IMG/VR virus record: IMGVR_UViG_3300020576_003018
Location: 13,126-77,125 of that record
Strand: one strand, 5' to 3'
DNA length: 64,000 nucleotides
From: a virus
Taxonomy: Duplodnaviria; Caudoviricetes
The notes below the pieces were generated by a model, which saw only the letters and a list, made by a program, of their open reading frames with translations, did not search any database and had not been told where the DNA came from. Positions 9,384-18,900 of this stretch are shown here, piece by piece (within the stretch, counting starts at the first letter, position 1; the number at the start of each line of letters is the position of its first letter). The translations under genes were made by a program, and so were the position numbers.

Positions 9384-10361
9384 TCAGGGACAGTGAGGCG
9401 TGTTGGCATAAGGACAGAACCGACAGTTTTGTCGGTTTTTGGGGAAGATCTTCCTTTTGACGTGTCCAAGCATTGAATCAACGGTTTCCAGGGCATTGCT
9501 AAGTGCTTTTGGTCCAACTGACACTGGGACATATTCACAGTTTCCAGGTTTCTTGGATCTGCGGAGAATGACGAAGGCACAACGGATCTTATCCAGAGGT
9601 ATACCTGTCTTCTTGGAATAGAAGTGTTTGTAGAGAACCAATTGCATCGTCTTGTTTGGATCTGTTTTTTTGGAAACAGGCCAAAAGTAACCAGAGGTTT
9701 TCCAGTCTATCAAGTGAGTGATTTCCTCACCTTTCTTATTGGTTGCAGTGATCACACCATCAATGAAACCTTTGAAAAGATGGCTGTGCCCATCAATTGG
9801 TTCCATCAATGGAAATTCACTGGCGACGTATTTCCAATCTTCTCCGAATGTTTCATTCATGAATGCTGGGACTTCTGACAGGATTGGTTCAATGACACCG
9901 TGCCATTCTTCTTCTTTCAGGGAAGCAACGTTTGGAAGTTCGCTAAATGCGTAAGAAAGACCAACTTTGATATCATCGTAGGATGGCATCTTTCTGGTTT
10001 CCAGGAACACTTCAAGGGCTGTGTGAATCACATGACCGAATTCTGTGTGTTCGGATGGACCATCCAAAGCTCCACCATTGATCTTGTCCAGATATTTCAA
10101 CTTGTGACGGAAAGCACACGTTCTCCAGGTAGAAAGCTCGGAGAACGAGATGTTTCCACGGATTGAAAGATAATCCATGTTGGTTGGAGCAGAGAAATCT
10201 AACCCAACAGGCTCAATCTTGGTTTTTCCTTCGAGAAGAGAATCAATCGAATCAGAAGTACGAATGTTTTCCGTGCTTGTCTGAATGATTTTTAGATGCT
10301 TTTTTGTGAGATTGGGAGGAGATTCGGAACTAGGCTTTGGTTTTTTTGGTGAGGCGCTCAT
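9384..10361 (-). CDS. PD-(D/E)XK nuclease (RecB/Cas4-like)
   Basis: ISFSELSTWRTC, FGHVIHTALE, FKGFIDGVI, LIDWKT, QLVLY, terminal CRFCPY..HC cysteine cluster. Confidence 0.85.
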   Translation of the reverse strand: MSASPKKPKPSSESPPNLTKKHLKIIQTSTENIRTSDSIDSLLEGKTKIEPVGLDFSAPTNMDYLSIRGNISFSELSTWRTCAFRHKLKYLDKINGGALDGPSEHTEFGHVIHTALEVFLETRKMPSYDDIKVGLSYAFSELPNVASLKEEEWHGVIEPILSEVPAFMNETFGEDWKYVASEFPLMEPIDGHSHLFKGFIDGVITATNKKGEEITHLIDWKTSGYFWPVSKKTDPNKTMQLVLYKHFYSKKTGIPLDKIRCAFVILRRSKKPGNCEYVPVSVGPKALSNALETVDSMLGHVKRKIFPKNRQNCRFCPYANTPHCP

Positions 10362-10384
10362 GCTAAGAACACCATACACCAACA

Positions 10385-11188
10385 CTACTTCTTTGTCTTT
10401 GACTTATTTTTGCGCTGTTTCTTTTTAGCAGGGAGAACTACTCCCTTGCCATCATCTTCCTCTTTTTCTCCCAGAGGATCATCAACAGGGACAATGTTCG
10501 ACAGTGGATGTTCCGAAACAATGCCGCGCCAGTGCGCTGGTTGCTTATCAAAGTCTTCTTCGGTTGGAAAGGTTCCACTAGGAGTGTTGTGTCGAATGAC
10601 TCTTACATGCCTCTTGGAGTCATAGGGAATATCCTCCGGGTCCATCCCCGTTAAGAGATCTCCAAGTGATTTCTTTAACGGGGATGGAAATGCTGCATCT
10701 TCTTCCATGAAACAACCACAGCCGCAAACATCACATCCAAGTTGTTCATCTGGCTCGCAGTCACCTTCGCACCCACACACGTCACAAACGCCACAGGAGC
10801 CTTTTCCTTGCCCTTGGATTTCTTCAACGGGTTCCTGGTCGTCTTCCTCGTCTTCGTCGATTGTAAAAGCTTCTGGGGCCTCTGGCGGCTGTGTTGGCGA
10901 GCCACCAACATCAACACTTTTGCCTGGGGTTGTTTCATCACCACAAGAGTCATCACACATGTGAGCATCAGGGCTGTGATCACAACAAGGAGCCATGACC
11001 TTTTTAAGTTCATCAACAGCAAGATCAATTGCTTCGTGAACGTCGGTGAGGCTGGTGATCATATCTCTCGACATCTGCCCGGTCTTTTCCACTTCCTCAA
11101 GCATGTCGTGCATGTCTCCGAAAAGAGATTTCAGTCCACCAATGAAAAGACGTGCTTTTAGTGGATGGTTGGTTTTTGCTTTTGTCAT
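10385..11188 (-). CDS. Hypothetical protein with acidic and Cys-rich segments
   Basis: CGVCDVCGCEGDC and GCDVCGCGC; basic C-terminus; start ATG 11188 chosen downstream of the guaC stop. Confidence 0.5.
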   Translation of the reverse strand: MTKAKTNHPLKARLFIGGLKSLFGDMHDMLEEVEKTGQMSRDMITSLTDVHEAIDLAVDELKKVMAPCCDHSPDAHMCDDSCGDETTPGKSVDVGGSPTQPPEAPEAFTIDEDEEDDQEPVEEIQGQGKGSCGVCDVCGCEGDCEPDEQLGCDVCGCGCFMEEDAAFPSPLKKSLGDLLTGMDPEDIPYDSKRHVRVIRHNTPSGTFPTEEDFDKQPAHWRGIVSEHPLSNIVPVDDPLGEKEEDDGKGVVLPAKKKQRKNKSKTKK

Positions 11189-11204
11189 GATGTTGCTTTT
11201 CTGA

Positions 11205-12215
11205 TTACCTTCCTCGGATACCGAATGTGATGTTTTCTCGGAAGTCATTTGTGGATGTTGCGCCAATATAGGAGTACGCTGACTGCAAACCACCTTTGAG
11301 AAGTTCCACAATTTCTTTTGCTGAAGGTTTTTTGGAAACGAGAATAGTCTCGCCTTCCGGCGTTGGAAGTGTGTCAACACTCCGCACTTTGACCGCTGCT
11401 TCGGAACTAGCCATGCCACGATAAATCACCTCACCCTTTTCTGTTGTTCCACCAACACATGGAGCTTCTGGACATCCGGCAAAAAAGTATCCGGACATCA
11501 CAGCAGTCGCCCCAGCACCAATCGCTTTGGCAACATCTCCATATTCTCTTGCTCCACCATCCGCAATGACTGGGATTCCCCATCGACTAGCTCGTTGAGA
11601 ACACTCCAACACTGTTGAAAACATTGGAGTGACAACGCCCGTCACATTCTTCGTCAAACAAACCTTTCCACCACCAATTCCAACCTTGATTGCATCAACC
11701 TTCCAATCTCGCATGGAATCAACAGCCCAAGAAGTTCCCACATTCCCAGCAACAATAAAAATATCCCTGCCATAAGTCCTTCTTAGCCATTTAACCGTGT
11801 TTTCCATCATGGAACTGTGTCCATGAGCAATGTCAACAATGAAAAACCTTGCACCGGCTGTGTAAAGTGCCTCGGCCCGCTCATGCCAGTTCCCATTCAC
11901 ACCCAAAGAAACAAAGCAATTTGCTTGAGCACGTTGAACTTCACAAAACTCAGCAACAGCTTCTGGAATAGAATTGAACCGATGGAGCGCACCGATTGCC
12001 CCAGCTTGCCATAGAGCAATTGCCATTTGAGATCCCGTGACAGTATCCATGTTCGCAGAAACAACTGGAACCATGAGGGAAAGACTCAATTTGCTGTTTG
12101 GGCTTCCAAGAATAACTTCGGTGTTGACTTGCTTTCTGGAAGTCACATCAGAGAAGTTTGGAACGATGAAAACATCGGAGTATTCGTATGAGGGCGTTGT
12201 TAAAATATTAGCCAT
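11205..12215 (-). CDS. guaC: GMP reductase (IMPDH/GMPR family, no CBS domains)
   Basis: [42 protein letters not shown]; GKVCxTK is the Bacillus-type GuaC form of the catalytic loop. Confidence 0.8.
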   Translation of the reverse strand: MANILTTPSYEYSDVFIVPNFSDVTSRKQVNTEVILGSPNSKLSLSLMVPVVSANMDTVTGSQMAIALWQAGAIGALHRFNSIPEAVAEFCEVQRAQANCFVSLGVNGNWHERAEALYTAGARFFIVDIAHGHSSMMENTVKWLRRTYGRDIFIVAGNVGTSWAVDSMRDWKVDAIKVGIGGGKVCLTKNVTGVVTPMFSTVLECSQRASRWGIPVIADGGAREYGDVAKAIGAGATAVMSGYFFAGCPEAPCVGGTTEKGEVIYRGMASSEAAVKVRSVDTLPTPEGETILVSKKPSAKEIVELLKGGLQSAYSYIGATSTNDFRENITFGIRGR

Positions 12216-12269
12216 GAGTTCAAGCCTACGCTGGCATATTCCCCCAGTCTAGTTATTTCCACCTGCTCC

Positions 12270-12644
12270 ATGAAACTCACCAAAGAAAACCTGGAAATCA
12301 TCAAACGGTTCATTCAACACTGTGCCAAGGAGCTTGATTTGCATGGAAAAATAACCATCACCCTGTCCGAGAGACAAACAACTGGAATGCCAACTGCTGG
12401 ATATTGTGATCCGCATGGCATGACAGTTTTTGTTGCTATCAAGAACAGGGCAATGGCTGACTGCTTGAGAACGTTGGCTCATGAGTTGACTCATTGCAAA
12501 CAAGCTCAAAGGGGCGTTGTTTTTCCAAACGATGATGAAGGTTTGCAACCTTACGAAAACGAAGCGAATGTTGAGGCTGGAAAGTTGGTTAGGTTTTGGG
12601 GGCGTGAGAACAGAGTGATCTATGAGGATCTGAAATCCGGTTAG
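12270..12644 (+). CDS. Small zincin-like metallopeptidase
   Basis: RTLAHELTHCKQ (HExxH) with downstream ENEAN. Confidence 0.6.
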   Translation: MKLTKENLEIIKRFIQHCAKELDLHGKITITLSERQTTGMPTAGYCDPHGMTVFVAIKNRAMADCLRTLAHELTHCKQAQRGVVFPNDDEGLQPYENEANVEAGKLVRFWGRENRVIYEDLKSG

Positions 12645-12648
12645 ATTT

Positions 12649-13725
12649 TCATTTCATGGAGAGGTAAACATCAGAAACATACTTGAGGGCAACACGTCCG
12701 TGTTTTGAATCAAATCTTTCAGCCCGATTCAACTTCACAACAACACCCTCACGAACAACCTGACCGGGAAACAAAGTCTCCTTCGCTTCCGCCAATTCAG
12801 AAAGATTTACTTCTGAAAGCTTCCCGCGGAACAAAACTGGAACAACTTCCTTCATCCCTTCTGAGTAAGCTGGATTGTCCAACATCTCTCCATTAGAAAC
12901 CCAGCGACCGTTTTCCATCACGTCAAAGGCGGCAAAACCATATTCGCCATTCTTTTTCCCGTATGAGAATTGTCCCCCCTGAACGTTGGGACCATAAATC
13001 TCTCCGTAAAGAACAGCCTTGGGATGTGCTCGGCACCAATCCTCAATCCAAGGGTTCTGTCGAATAGCTTCCCACCACAAGCAGGACTCGGGCCCAATAA
13101 CCTTTGTAACTTCCTCACCTTCCTTGTTTGTGTAGGTGATTTGCCGAGGCTCAACCCCACTTGGATTCCTCTTCCAAGTCTTGTGACTCCCAGCGTGCAT
13201 CTTCTCACCATCAAAAACAAATCGTGCGTTGGTTCCATGAATCTTCACGGAAACATTCACTTCATCTTCTGGATTGAAAAGACGATGATATTTCCTGAAA
13301 TTCTCCAGTTTGTAAACTGGGGCTTCGACATACTCTGGGCCTTGGGTTGCAACTCCAGCCTTGGTTCCACTGAAGAAAGTTGGAGGATCGTAATGCTCCA
13401 CTTCCAGTTGCTCCATGACATCATCTCCCTCAACAGCACCTTCGGGAGCTTTGATCAAAAGCCCATAGGAAGGCTCCCCGCGGAGACGAACAACCGTGAG
13501 ACGATGACGTTCGCGGCCCTTGCCCTTGTCCAAGTGCTGGAATTCAGGGCGAGAAAGCTTAACCGTGTTGTCCGGTTCAATGAACGCAGCCAAATCACCG
13601 ACTTGGAATTGTCCCTTTCGAACGACTGCTTGGTATCCCCAAACAGGAATGATTTCGAGAGCATCGGCATTGGGATGTTTTTTTACTTCTTCAACCCGAA
13701 TCACTTTTACTTCGTGTGTGCTCAT
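12649..13725 (-). CDS. RNA ligase, DRB0094/Rnl5 family
   Basis: N-terminal OB domain (HPNADALE, QAVVRKGQF, GDLAAFIEPD), motif I KIHGTN, LYGEIYG, AAFDV, REGVVVK, LKYVS. Confidence 0.88.
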   Translation of the reverse strand: MSTHEVKVIRVEEVKKHPNADALEIIPVWGYQAVVRKGQFQVGDLAAFIEPDNTVKLSRPEFQHLDKGKGRERHRLTVVRLRGEPSYGLLIKAPEGAVEGDDVMEQLEVEHYDPPTFFSGTKAGVATQGPEYVEAPVYKLENFRKYHRLFNPEDEVNVSVKIHGTNARFVFDGEKMHAGSHKTWKRNPSGVEPRQITYTNKEGEEVTKVIGPESCLWWEAIRQNPWIEDWCRAHPKAVLYGEIYGPNVQGGQFSYGKKNGEYGFAAFDVMENGRWVSNGEMLDNPAYSEGMKEVVPVLFRGKLSEVNLSELAEAKETLFPGQVVREGVVVKLNRAERFDSKHGRVALKYVSDVYLSMK

Positions 13726-13761
13726 GTTTTTGTTATCTCGCTATCTTGATGTTGTGTTGGG

Positions 13762-13790
13762 ATCATACAATGGGATGAAGGTTGTGTCAA
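13762..13790 (-). promoter_or_regulatory. Sigma70-type promoter of the Rnl5 ligase
   Basis: On the minus strand TTGACA-17 nt-TATGAT, upstream of ATG 13725. Confidence 0.75.
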
Positions 13791-13818
13791 GGATTTTCCC
13801 AGACCTTCTCCTGGCCGG

Positions 13819-13903
13819 GCCGGGGGAGGCCCCCTTGAGGTTCCAAAACACCTTATCCTATAGGATTCCCTCTCTTGGATCCCTCTTCTGGTTATCCTCC
13901 ACT
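13819..13903. repeat. Dispersed element: GGGGGAGGCCCCC plus TTGGATCCCTCTTCTGGTTATCCTCCACT
   Basis: 28/29 match to 2791-2819; GC palindrome matches 42137-42154. Confidence 0.8.
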
Positions 13904-13936
13904 AACGGGAGGAGCATCCCCCACAAGGCAAGGGTC

Positions 13937-14401
13937 ATGCCAATACTTACCGAAGGAGTTCAAGTGCTTAATCTAAAGCGGTTTCTTTATCTCGGAGAAC
14001 AAGTTGTGGAGGATGCTCCTCCAGAGTCTGAATCCGAAAAGCCTTTTGCAGTTTTCGCATTGGCGAGGGTTGGTTCTGGTGGGTATGCAGCCACAACACG
14101 TCCAGCAGATCGTGGTCAAGCTGGGAAAATAGGGTTGCCTGGGGGGAAGCTAGATCCTGGGGAAGATCCTTTGGAGGCTGTTTTGCGCGAATGTGAGGAA
14201 GAGGGTTGGTCTGTTCGGATCAGCAACCGCGAACCAATTCAAAAGCTTATGGTCGATGGGAAAATGGTTTGGTGGTACCAAGCTGATCCTAACCCAAAGA
14301 TTCTAACCCAATACAAAGAAAAGCACAGAATCGTTCCTGTTGTTGTTTCAAAGGATGCTGTTCTCACATCTGGATATGGGAATGAAAGATTGCCGCTATG
14401 A
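13937..14401 (+). CDS. NUDIX hydrolase
   Basis: GLPGGKLDPGEDPLEAVLRECEEEG Nudix box; start reassigned to ATG 13937. Confidence 0.85.
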   Translation: MPILTEGVQVLNLKRFLYLGEQVVEDAPPESESEKPFAVFALARVGSGGYAATTRPADRGQAGKIGLPGGKLDPGEDPLEAVLRECEEEGWSVRISNREPIQKLMVDGKMVWWYQADPNPKILTQYKEKHRIVPVVVSKDAVLTSGYGNERLPL

Positions 14402-14787
14402 AAATCAAAATTGAAGAGATGCTGTTCGAGTCGGTAGAAAGCGAAACGCTGATTTTTGAGGCTTGTTTAGAAGAAGACAACTCTCCAGTGTGTGAAGGTT
14501 GTTTGGTTACTTATCCTAATGAACACATGGATGTTTTGGAAGAGGCTGAATATCAAGGGCGCAAGGTTCCTCTTGGAAAACCAACGAGGGGAGATGTAAA
14601 AAAGTTCAAGGTGTTTGTGAAAGACCCCAAAACAGGAAACGTGAAGAAGGTGAACTTTGGAGATCCCAACATGAGGATTCGGAAGAGTGACCCTGAAAGA
14701 AGGAAAAGCTTCCGAGCGAGACACAACTGTGACAACCCAGGTCCAAAAACCAAGGCAAGGTATTGGTCGTGCCGCAAGTGGGAATAA
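14398..14787 (+). CDS. Conserved large-phage hypothetical protein
   Basis: EAEYQGRKV, VKKVNFGDP, RRKSFRARH.C, ARYWSC.KW; motif recalled from large phages. Confidence 0.65.
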   Translation: MKIKIEEMLFESVESETLIFEACLEEDNSPVCEGCLVTYPNEHMDVLEEAEYQGRKVPLGKPTRGDVKKFKVFVKDPKTGNVKKVNFGDPNMRIRKSDPERRKSFRARHNCDNPGPKTKARYWSCRKWE

Positions 14788-15227
14788 GAAAAAAGGCTCG
14801 CTCCACAACTACCCCAGCGAAGAAGAGACGAAAGCGGAAGCACTACAAAACAGGAATTCATCATTCTCCGAAGTGCAGCACACCGATTCATTATCGTTCG
14901 GGTTGGGAGAAAACGGTCGCAGAGTTCCTGGACAGCAATCCAGAAGTGGTCTCGTATGAATATGAGAGCCTTATGGTGCCTTATGTGATGGCTGGGAGGG
15001 GTCACACCTACTACCCAGATTTTCTGGTCCGCTATAAGTCAGGCAGAACCGTTATTGTCGAAGTCAAAAGACAAGACAAGCTCGCAACAAAAAAGGTCAT
15101 GCTGAAAAACGCCGCTGTTCGTTCCTGGATTATCAAAGAGGGAAAGGGTTGGGAGTTTGAGGTTTGGACTGATGCTGTTGTGATGGGTTTCAGGAAACTG
15201 GTTGACGCCAAAAAAGCTGGATGTTAA
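14763..15227 (+). CDS. TnsA-N / T4 gp4-like endonuclease
   Basis: YRSGWE, YEYES...PY, YYPDFLV, IVEVK (PD-(D/E)XK); start uncertain. Confidence 0.75.
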   Translation: MVVPQVGIRKKARSTTTPAKKRRKRKHYKTGIHHSPKCSTPIHYRSGWEKTVAEFLDSNPEVVSYEYESLMVPYVMAGRGHTYYPDFLVRYKSGRTVIVEVKRQDKLATKKVMLKNAAVRSWIIKEGKGWEFEVWTDAVVMGFRKLVDAKKAGC

Positions 15228-15237
15228 ACATGCTCTC

Positions 15238-15825
15238 ATGAGCACAACCACAAAACCCAATTCCATTCCTCTCATCGTTGGCACCAACAAAGAAATTCAT
15301 CAAGTCACTTCTCATCAATCTGCTCTCGACCTTCTCAGCAAAAGACTGATTGAGAAGAATCGAATTGAAAACATGTTTGAGCTTAGGAGTGTTTCCAGAG
15401 GAACTCCCTGGTACATTCAAATGGGCCTCGGCACAGATTCAATGGTTTTCTACACAATCGATGGAATAATCTGGCTGGAATCTATTCTTGCGAAGTGGAC
15501 AGAAAACGATCTGAAGGCTTTTCAGAACAAGTTTGTTGTCACAAAGCCGACCCACCGAATGACTGTTCCATTTGGAAAACCCAAGACTAAGGACACAAAG
15601 AAGAGCAACAATGCAGTGCTGCTTGCTTGCAATGTTTCAGATAGGATTCAAGAGATTTTCAGGAGCCAGTTTGGTGTTGAGTTCTGGAATCCAGAGGATG
15701 CTGTGTTGAGCAAAGACGTACTGGTTAAAACTGGTGTGCTGGACTATAAGATTTCCAACCTTACGCCACTGGCGAAGAACAAGCTGGAGAAGTATTACGG
15801 TTGTCATTTCCGAGAGATGGACTGA
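15238..15825 (+). CDS. Hypothetical protein
   Basis: Long ORF tightly packed between neighbours. Confidence 0.6.
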   Translation: MSTTTKPNSIPLIVGTNKEIHQVTSHQSALDLLSKRLIEKNRIENMFELRSVSRGTPWYIQMGLGTDSMVFYTIDGIIWLESILAKWTENDLKAFQNKFVVTKPTHRMTVPFGKPKTKDTKKSNNAVLLACNVSDRIQEIFRSQFGVEFWNPEDAVLSKDVLVKTGVLDYKISNLTPLAKNKLEKYYGCHFREMD

Positions 15826-15839
15826 AACAATAACTTGGT

Positions 15840-16172
15840 GTGAAAACCACCCCAAAAAAATCCTCCTCTTCGACCAAGACGGCAAACATCAAAACCTTGG
15901 TTCCTGGTGCTCTTGTATATCTCCAAAAGTTTTCTGGGGGGTTGACTTCGTTTAATGTTTTGTCGATGGGCAAGGGAGATTTCCCAGCCTATGAAGAACC
16001 CTTCATGTTTCTTCGCTTGTTGGAGTACAGAGTGAGTGACGACAAACTGGATCATCAATCGAATCCTCTAGTTTGGTTCCAAGGGTTGAATGCAAGGGGA
16101 AAAGTTTTCACTTGCATGGAATTGGTTGTATGTTTGAAGATGTGTGATTTGGAGATCAGCAGTGAAGTCTAG
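15840..16172 (+). CDS. Hypothetical protein, possible outlier of the small beta-barrel family
   Basis: LVPGALVYL N-terminal motif, ARGKVF turn. Confidence 0.5.
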   Translation: MKTTPKKSSSSTKTANIKTLVPGALVYLQKFSGGLTSFNVLSMGKGDFPAYEEPFMFLRLLEYRVSDDKLDHQSNPLVWFQGLNARGKVFTCMELVVCLKMCDLEISSEV

Positions 16173-16470
16173 CGAGTTTGTTCCTGGGGTTTTGTTTCGA
16201 ATAGATTATGGATATCCTGGCTTCGCAACTACCCCAAGCAAATATTGGGACACGAACAGCATTTTCATGTTGTTGAGTTTCTCACTTCATTTTGAATTTG
16301 AAACCATGAACATTCATTCTCTCGCTGGTGCGTTTCAATTTATGCCAGGGGGGCCTTCCTCCGCAACACGAGTCAAAGTGACCGCACTGGGCCCAGAAGG
16401 TGACACAGTTTATATGACTGGAAGTGTTAAGATGTTTTTGAAGGTGGGAACATCAACAACAGATGAGTGA
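16144..16470 (+). CDS. Hypothetical protein, possible outlier of the small beta-barrel family
   Basis: FVPGVLFRI, SIFMLL, TALGPEG. Confidence 0.5.
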   Translation: MIWRSAVKSSEFVPGVLFRIDYGYPGFATTPSKYWDTNSIFMLLSFSLHFEFETMNIHSLAGAFQFMPGGPSSATRVKVTALGPEGDTVYMTGSVKMFLKVGTSTTDE

Positions 16471-16512
16471 GTGTCAAAGGACTGCTGGGTGGTTATTTAC
16501 CACTCAACACCC

Positions 16513-17760
16513 ATGACACTTACTACCTTCCTCTTCTCCACCACTTCCCAATTCCAAGACATTCTCCTTGAATCCAAACAAATGCTGATGAAGCTGGGAT
16601 ACCCAGAGATTATCGCTTCGTTGTTTTATGAGAAGTTTGGAAAGAGGGCACCTTTGTTGGCAAAGTGGTATAAAGAAACCAACGCGAATGATCCAGCCGA
16701 TGAGAATTGGTGGAGGAGTGCTTCACATGGTTTTGAGAAAATAAACGCAGCCGTTCTTTCGAGACTGTATGATGCCACCAAGCAATTTGCCGAAGGAGAG
16801 ATTTCACTAGAGCAGTATAATGAAGTTCGTGATCGGCTTGACTTTGCTTCCTTTGACGAAAAAGACGATCCAAAGATTGAGTTGATAAGAATAAAGGGAT
16901 ACACTACCGAGGAGTTTTTCAAGGAACTATTCTTCAAAAGGCCCCTGATCAGAGATATTGTTTCTGGGAAGCTTGTTGATCTTGCTCCATATTCTAGGCT
17001 TCCTTATCAAAAAGCAAGTGACAAGTATGAAGAGAAGTTCTTGTTCTCTGACAGAACACCAATCAAAACTTATGAAAACGGTTGGATGTGGATTGATGCT
17101 GGTGATAAATGTGATCTTCTTGGAAAGAAGATGAAAAACTGTGGGAGTGTTGGGGTTATGGGCACCGATCCGAACCGAACAATGATCAGTTTGTTCGATT
17201 CCAACAAAAACCCACATGTTGTTGTGACCTATTCTCCAACAGAAAAAAGAATCTCTGGAATTGAAGGGCGGGGCGGCACCGAACCGAAAGATGAGTACCT
17301 TGATTACATCATTGACCTTTCCAGGGCTCTCAATACTCCAATTGACGCATACAACATCAAGTCAACCGCTTTGAAATTAAAAGCACTGCTGAGTCCGGTC
17401 AAGTTCCAAAGGATTCAAAAGCCATCAACAAGTGGTTTTGCTCATGATGCTTACTTTCTGTTCCAACTTCCCAACGGCAAGAGTTATTACACTGATGGCA
17501 GAGATGCTGCACCAAAAGAACAAGTTGATTCCGTCACTCTTCGAAATCCACCAGCAGACATTTACGAGCGTCTCAAAAGCGTGTTTGACTATTATCAGAA
17601 GGATGAAATCCTGCGTGCAAACCCAGGCTTCACCTATGAAAAAATCTTCGACATGGCATCAAACCCAGTCAACGAAAGAGTGATCAAACGCATGGTGAAA
17701 GAATCTCTGAAATCAACCTGGAAGAGTGTGTTACAACAAAAGAATGACAAGCACCCCTGA
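16513..17760 (+). CDS. Hypothetical protein (~415 aa)
   Basis: Long ORF; TATTTA upstream; no family recognised. Confidence 0.65.
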   Translation: MTLTTFLFSTTSQFQDILLESKQMLMKLGYPEIIASLFYEKFGKRAPLLAKWYKETNANDPADENWWRSASHGFEKINAAVLSRLYDATKQFAEGEISLEQYNEVRDRLDFASFDEKDDPKIELIRIKGYTTEEFFKELFFKRPLIRDIVSGKLVDLAPYSRLPYQKASDKYEEKFLFSDRTPIKTYENGWMWIDAGDKCDLLGKKMKNCGSVGVMGTDPNRTMISLFDSNKNPHVVVTYSPTEKRISGIEGRGGTEPKDEYLDYIIDLSRALNTPIDAYNIKSTALKLKALLSPVKFQRIQKPSTSGFAHDAYFLFQLPNGKSYYTDGRDAAPKEQVDSVTLRNPPADIYERLKSVFDYYQKDEILRANPGFTYEKIFDMASNPVNERVIKRMVKESLKSTWKSVLQQKNDKHP

Positions 17761-18328
17761 AAACAAAAAGTCCTGTTTGGTTGGCCTTGATATCTCCACT
17801 TCCTGCACAGGAATCAGTATCATCGACTCAAAAACAGAAGAGCTAATCCTTCTGGATTACATCAAAGTCCCAGCAGATCTCTCCCTGTTCGAAAAAGCCG
17901 ACTTCGTTATTGACGAGGTTGCCGGGTGTTTGACGAGAAATGGCATTGGTAAGCCAGAGAAGGTGTTTGTAGAGGAAAACGCAAAGATGTTTGCTGGTGG
18001 TTTGAGCAGTGCAGACGTGCTTATGACTCTTGCAAAGTTCAATGCACTGATTTCTTACCTCTGCCACAAACAACTCACCCCAAACGTGTCTTCTGTCAAC
18101 GTCACCAAAGCTCGTGGAGCCATTGGTTTCAAAAACACCAAAGCAGACAAACGACCAGTGAAAGACAAAGTGTTTGAGTTTGTTCAAACACTTCATCCCG
18201 AATTCCCTTGGAAAACTTACATCCCCAAAGCTGGAAAATCAAAAGGGAAAGAAATCTCCATTCCAGAGATGAAGGATGCTGCTGATGCTTGGGTTGTTGT
18301 TGTTGGTGGTAAGAGACTAGGCTTGTGA
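17744..18328 (+). CDS. RuvC-like Holliday junction resolvase
   Basis: LVGLDISTSCTG, VFVEE, C-terminal DAADAW; RNase H-fold acidic residues. Confidence 0.75.
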   Translation: MTSTPENKKSCLVGLDISTSCTGISIIDSKTEELILLDYIKVPADLSLFEKADFVIDEVAGCLTRNGIGKPEKVFVEENAKMFAGGLSSADVLMTLAKFNALISYLCHKQLTPNVSSVNVTKARGAIGFKNTKADKRPVKDKVFEFVQTLHPEFPWKTYIPKAGKSKGKEISIPEMKDAADAWVVVVGGKRLGL

Positions 18329-18898
18329 AAGCAGTTGTTTCAACAAAGAAACATTGACAAGAGCAGGATTTCTTCCAAAGAAACCATCATCTGCCGGGAT
18401 AGACACCACAAACCCGCTAAACTCTACCGGCCCAAAAGAAACAACTTCCTGTTCATGTTCCCTTGAAGTTCCTTGAGCTAGATTTCCCGGCTCTCCAGCG
18501 AAATCATTGCGACCGTTTCCTGTCTCCGCTACAAAGACAATCACAACCTCGCCGCCCTCCTCTCCGCTTCTTTCTGGATCAACTGCAAACTGGATGGCAA
18601 CTCCTGGGTGTACTGTCCAGCTTTGAATGTCTCCCGAACCTGGAACCATTCCTTTTCCTTTGAAGAGTTTGTACTCGGTTCCATTGCGGTCTGTTTCCTC
18701 CCTTGAAAACACCAGACCTTCACCAAGGGCTCTATACGCCTTTTCTGTGACTTTAATTCCACGATAGACCCTGAGCCCGTCTGGAGATTTTGGAAGCCTG
18801 GAAAACACCTTCCTGAGCGATTCTTTGTTGTTGTTCTCAAAGAAGTCTTTGAGTGCTGATGAGATTTCGTTGGGAAAGAGGATTTCGGAAAGTTTCAT
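18317..18898 (-). CDS. Putative ADP-ribosyltransferase (R-S-E clade)
   Basis: LRVYRG, QSWT...A.QFA, EHEQEVV. Confidence 0.65.
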   Translation of the reverse strand: MKLSEILFPNEISSALKDFFENNNKESLRKVFSRLPKSPDGLRVYRGIKVTEKAYRALGEGLVFSREETDRNGTEYKLFKGKGMVPGSGDIQSWTVHPGVAIQFAVDPERSGEEGGEVVIVFVAETGNGRNDFAGEPGNLAQGTSREHEQEVVSFGPVEFSGFVVSIPADDGFFGRNPALVNVSLLKQLLSQA

Positions 18899-18900
18899 GA

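Noticed and set aside
13520-13936. 139-codon N-terminal extension of the NUDIX ORF
   Set aside because: It overlaps the antisense ligase gene and its promoter region; ATG 13937 is the plausible start
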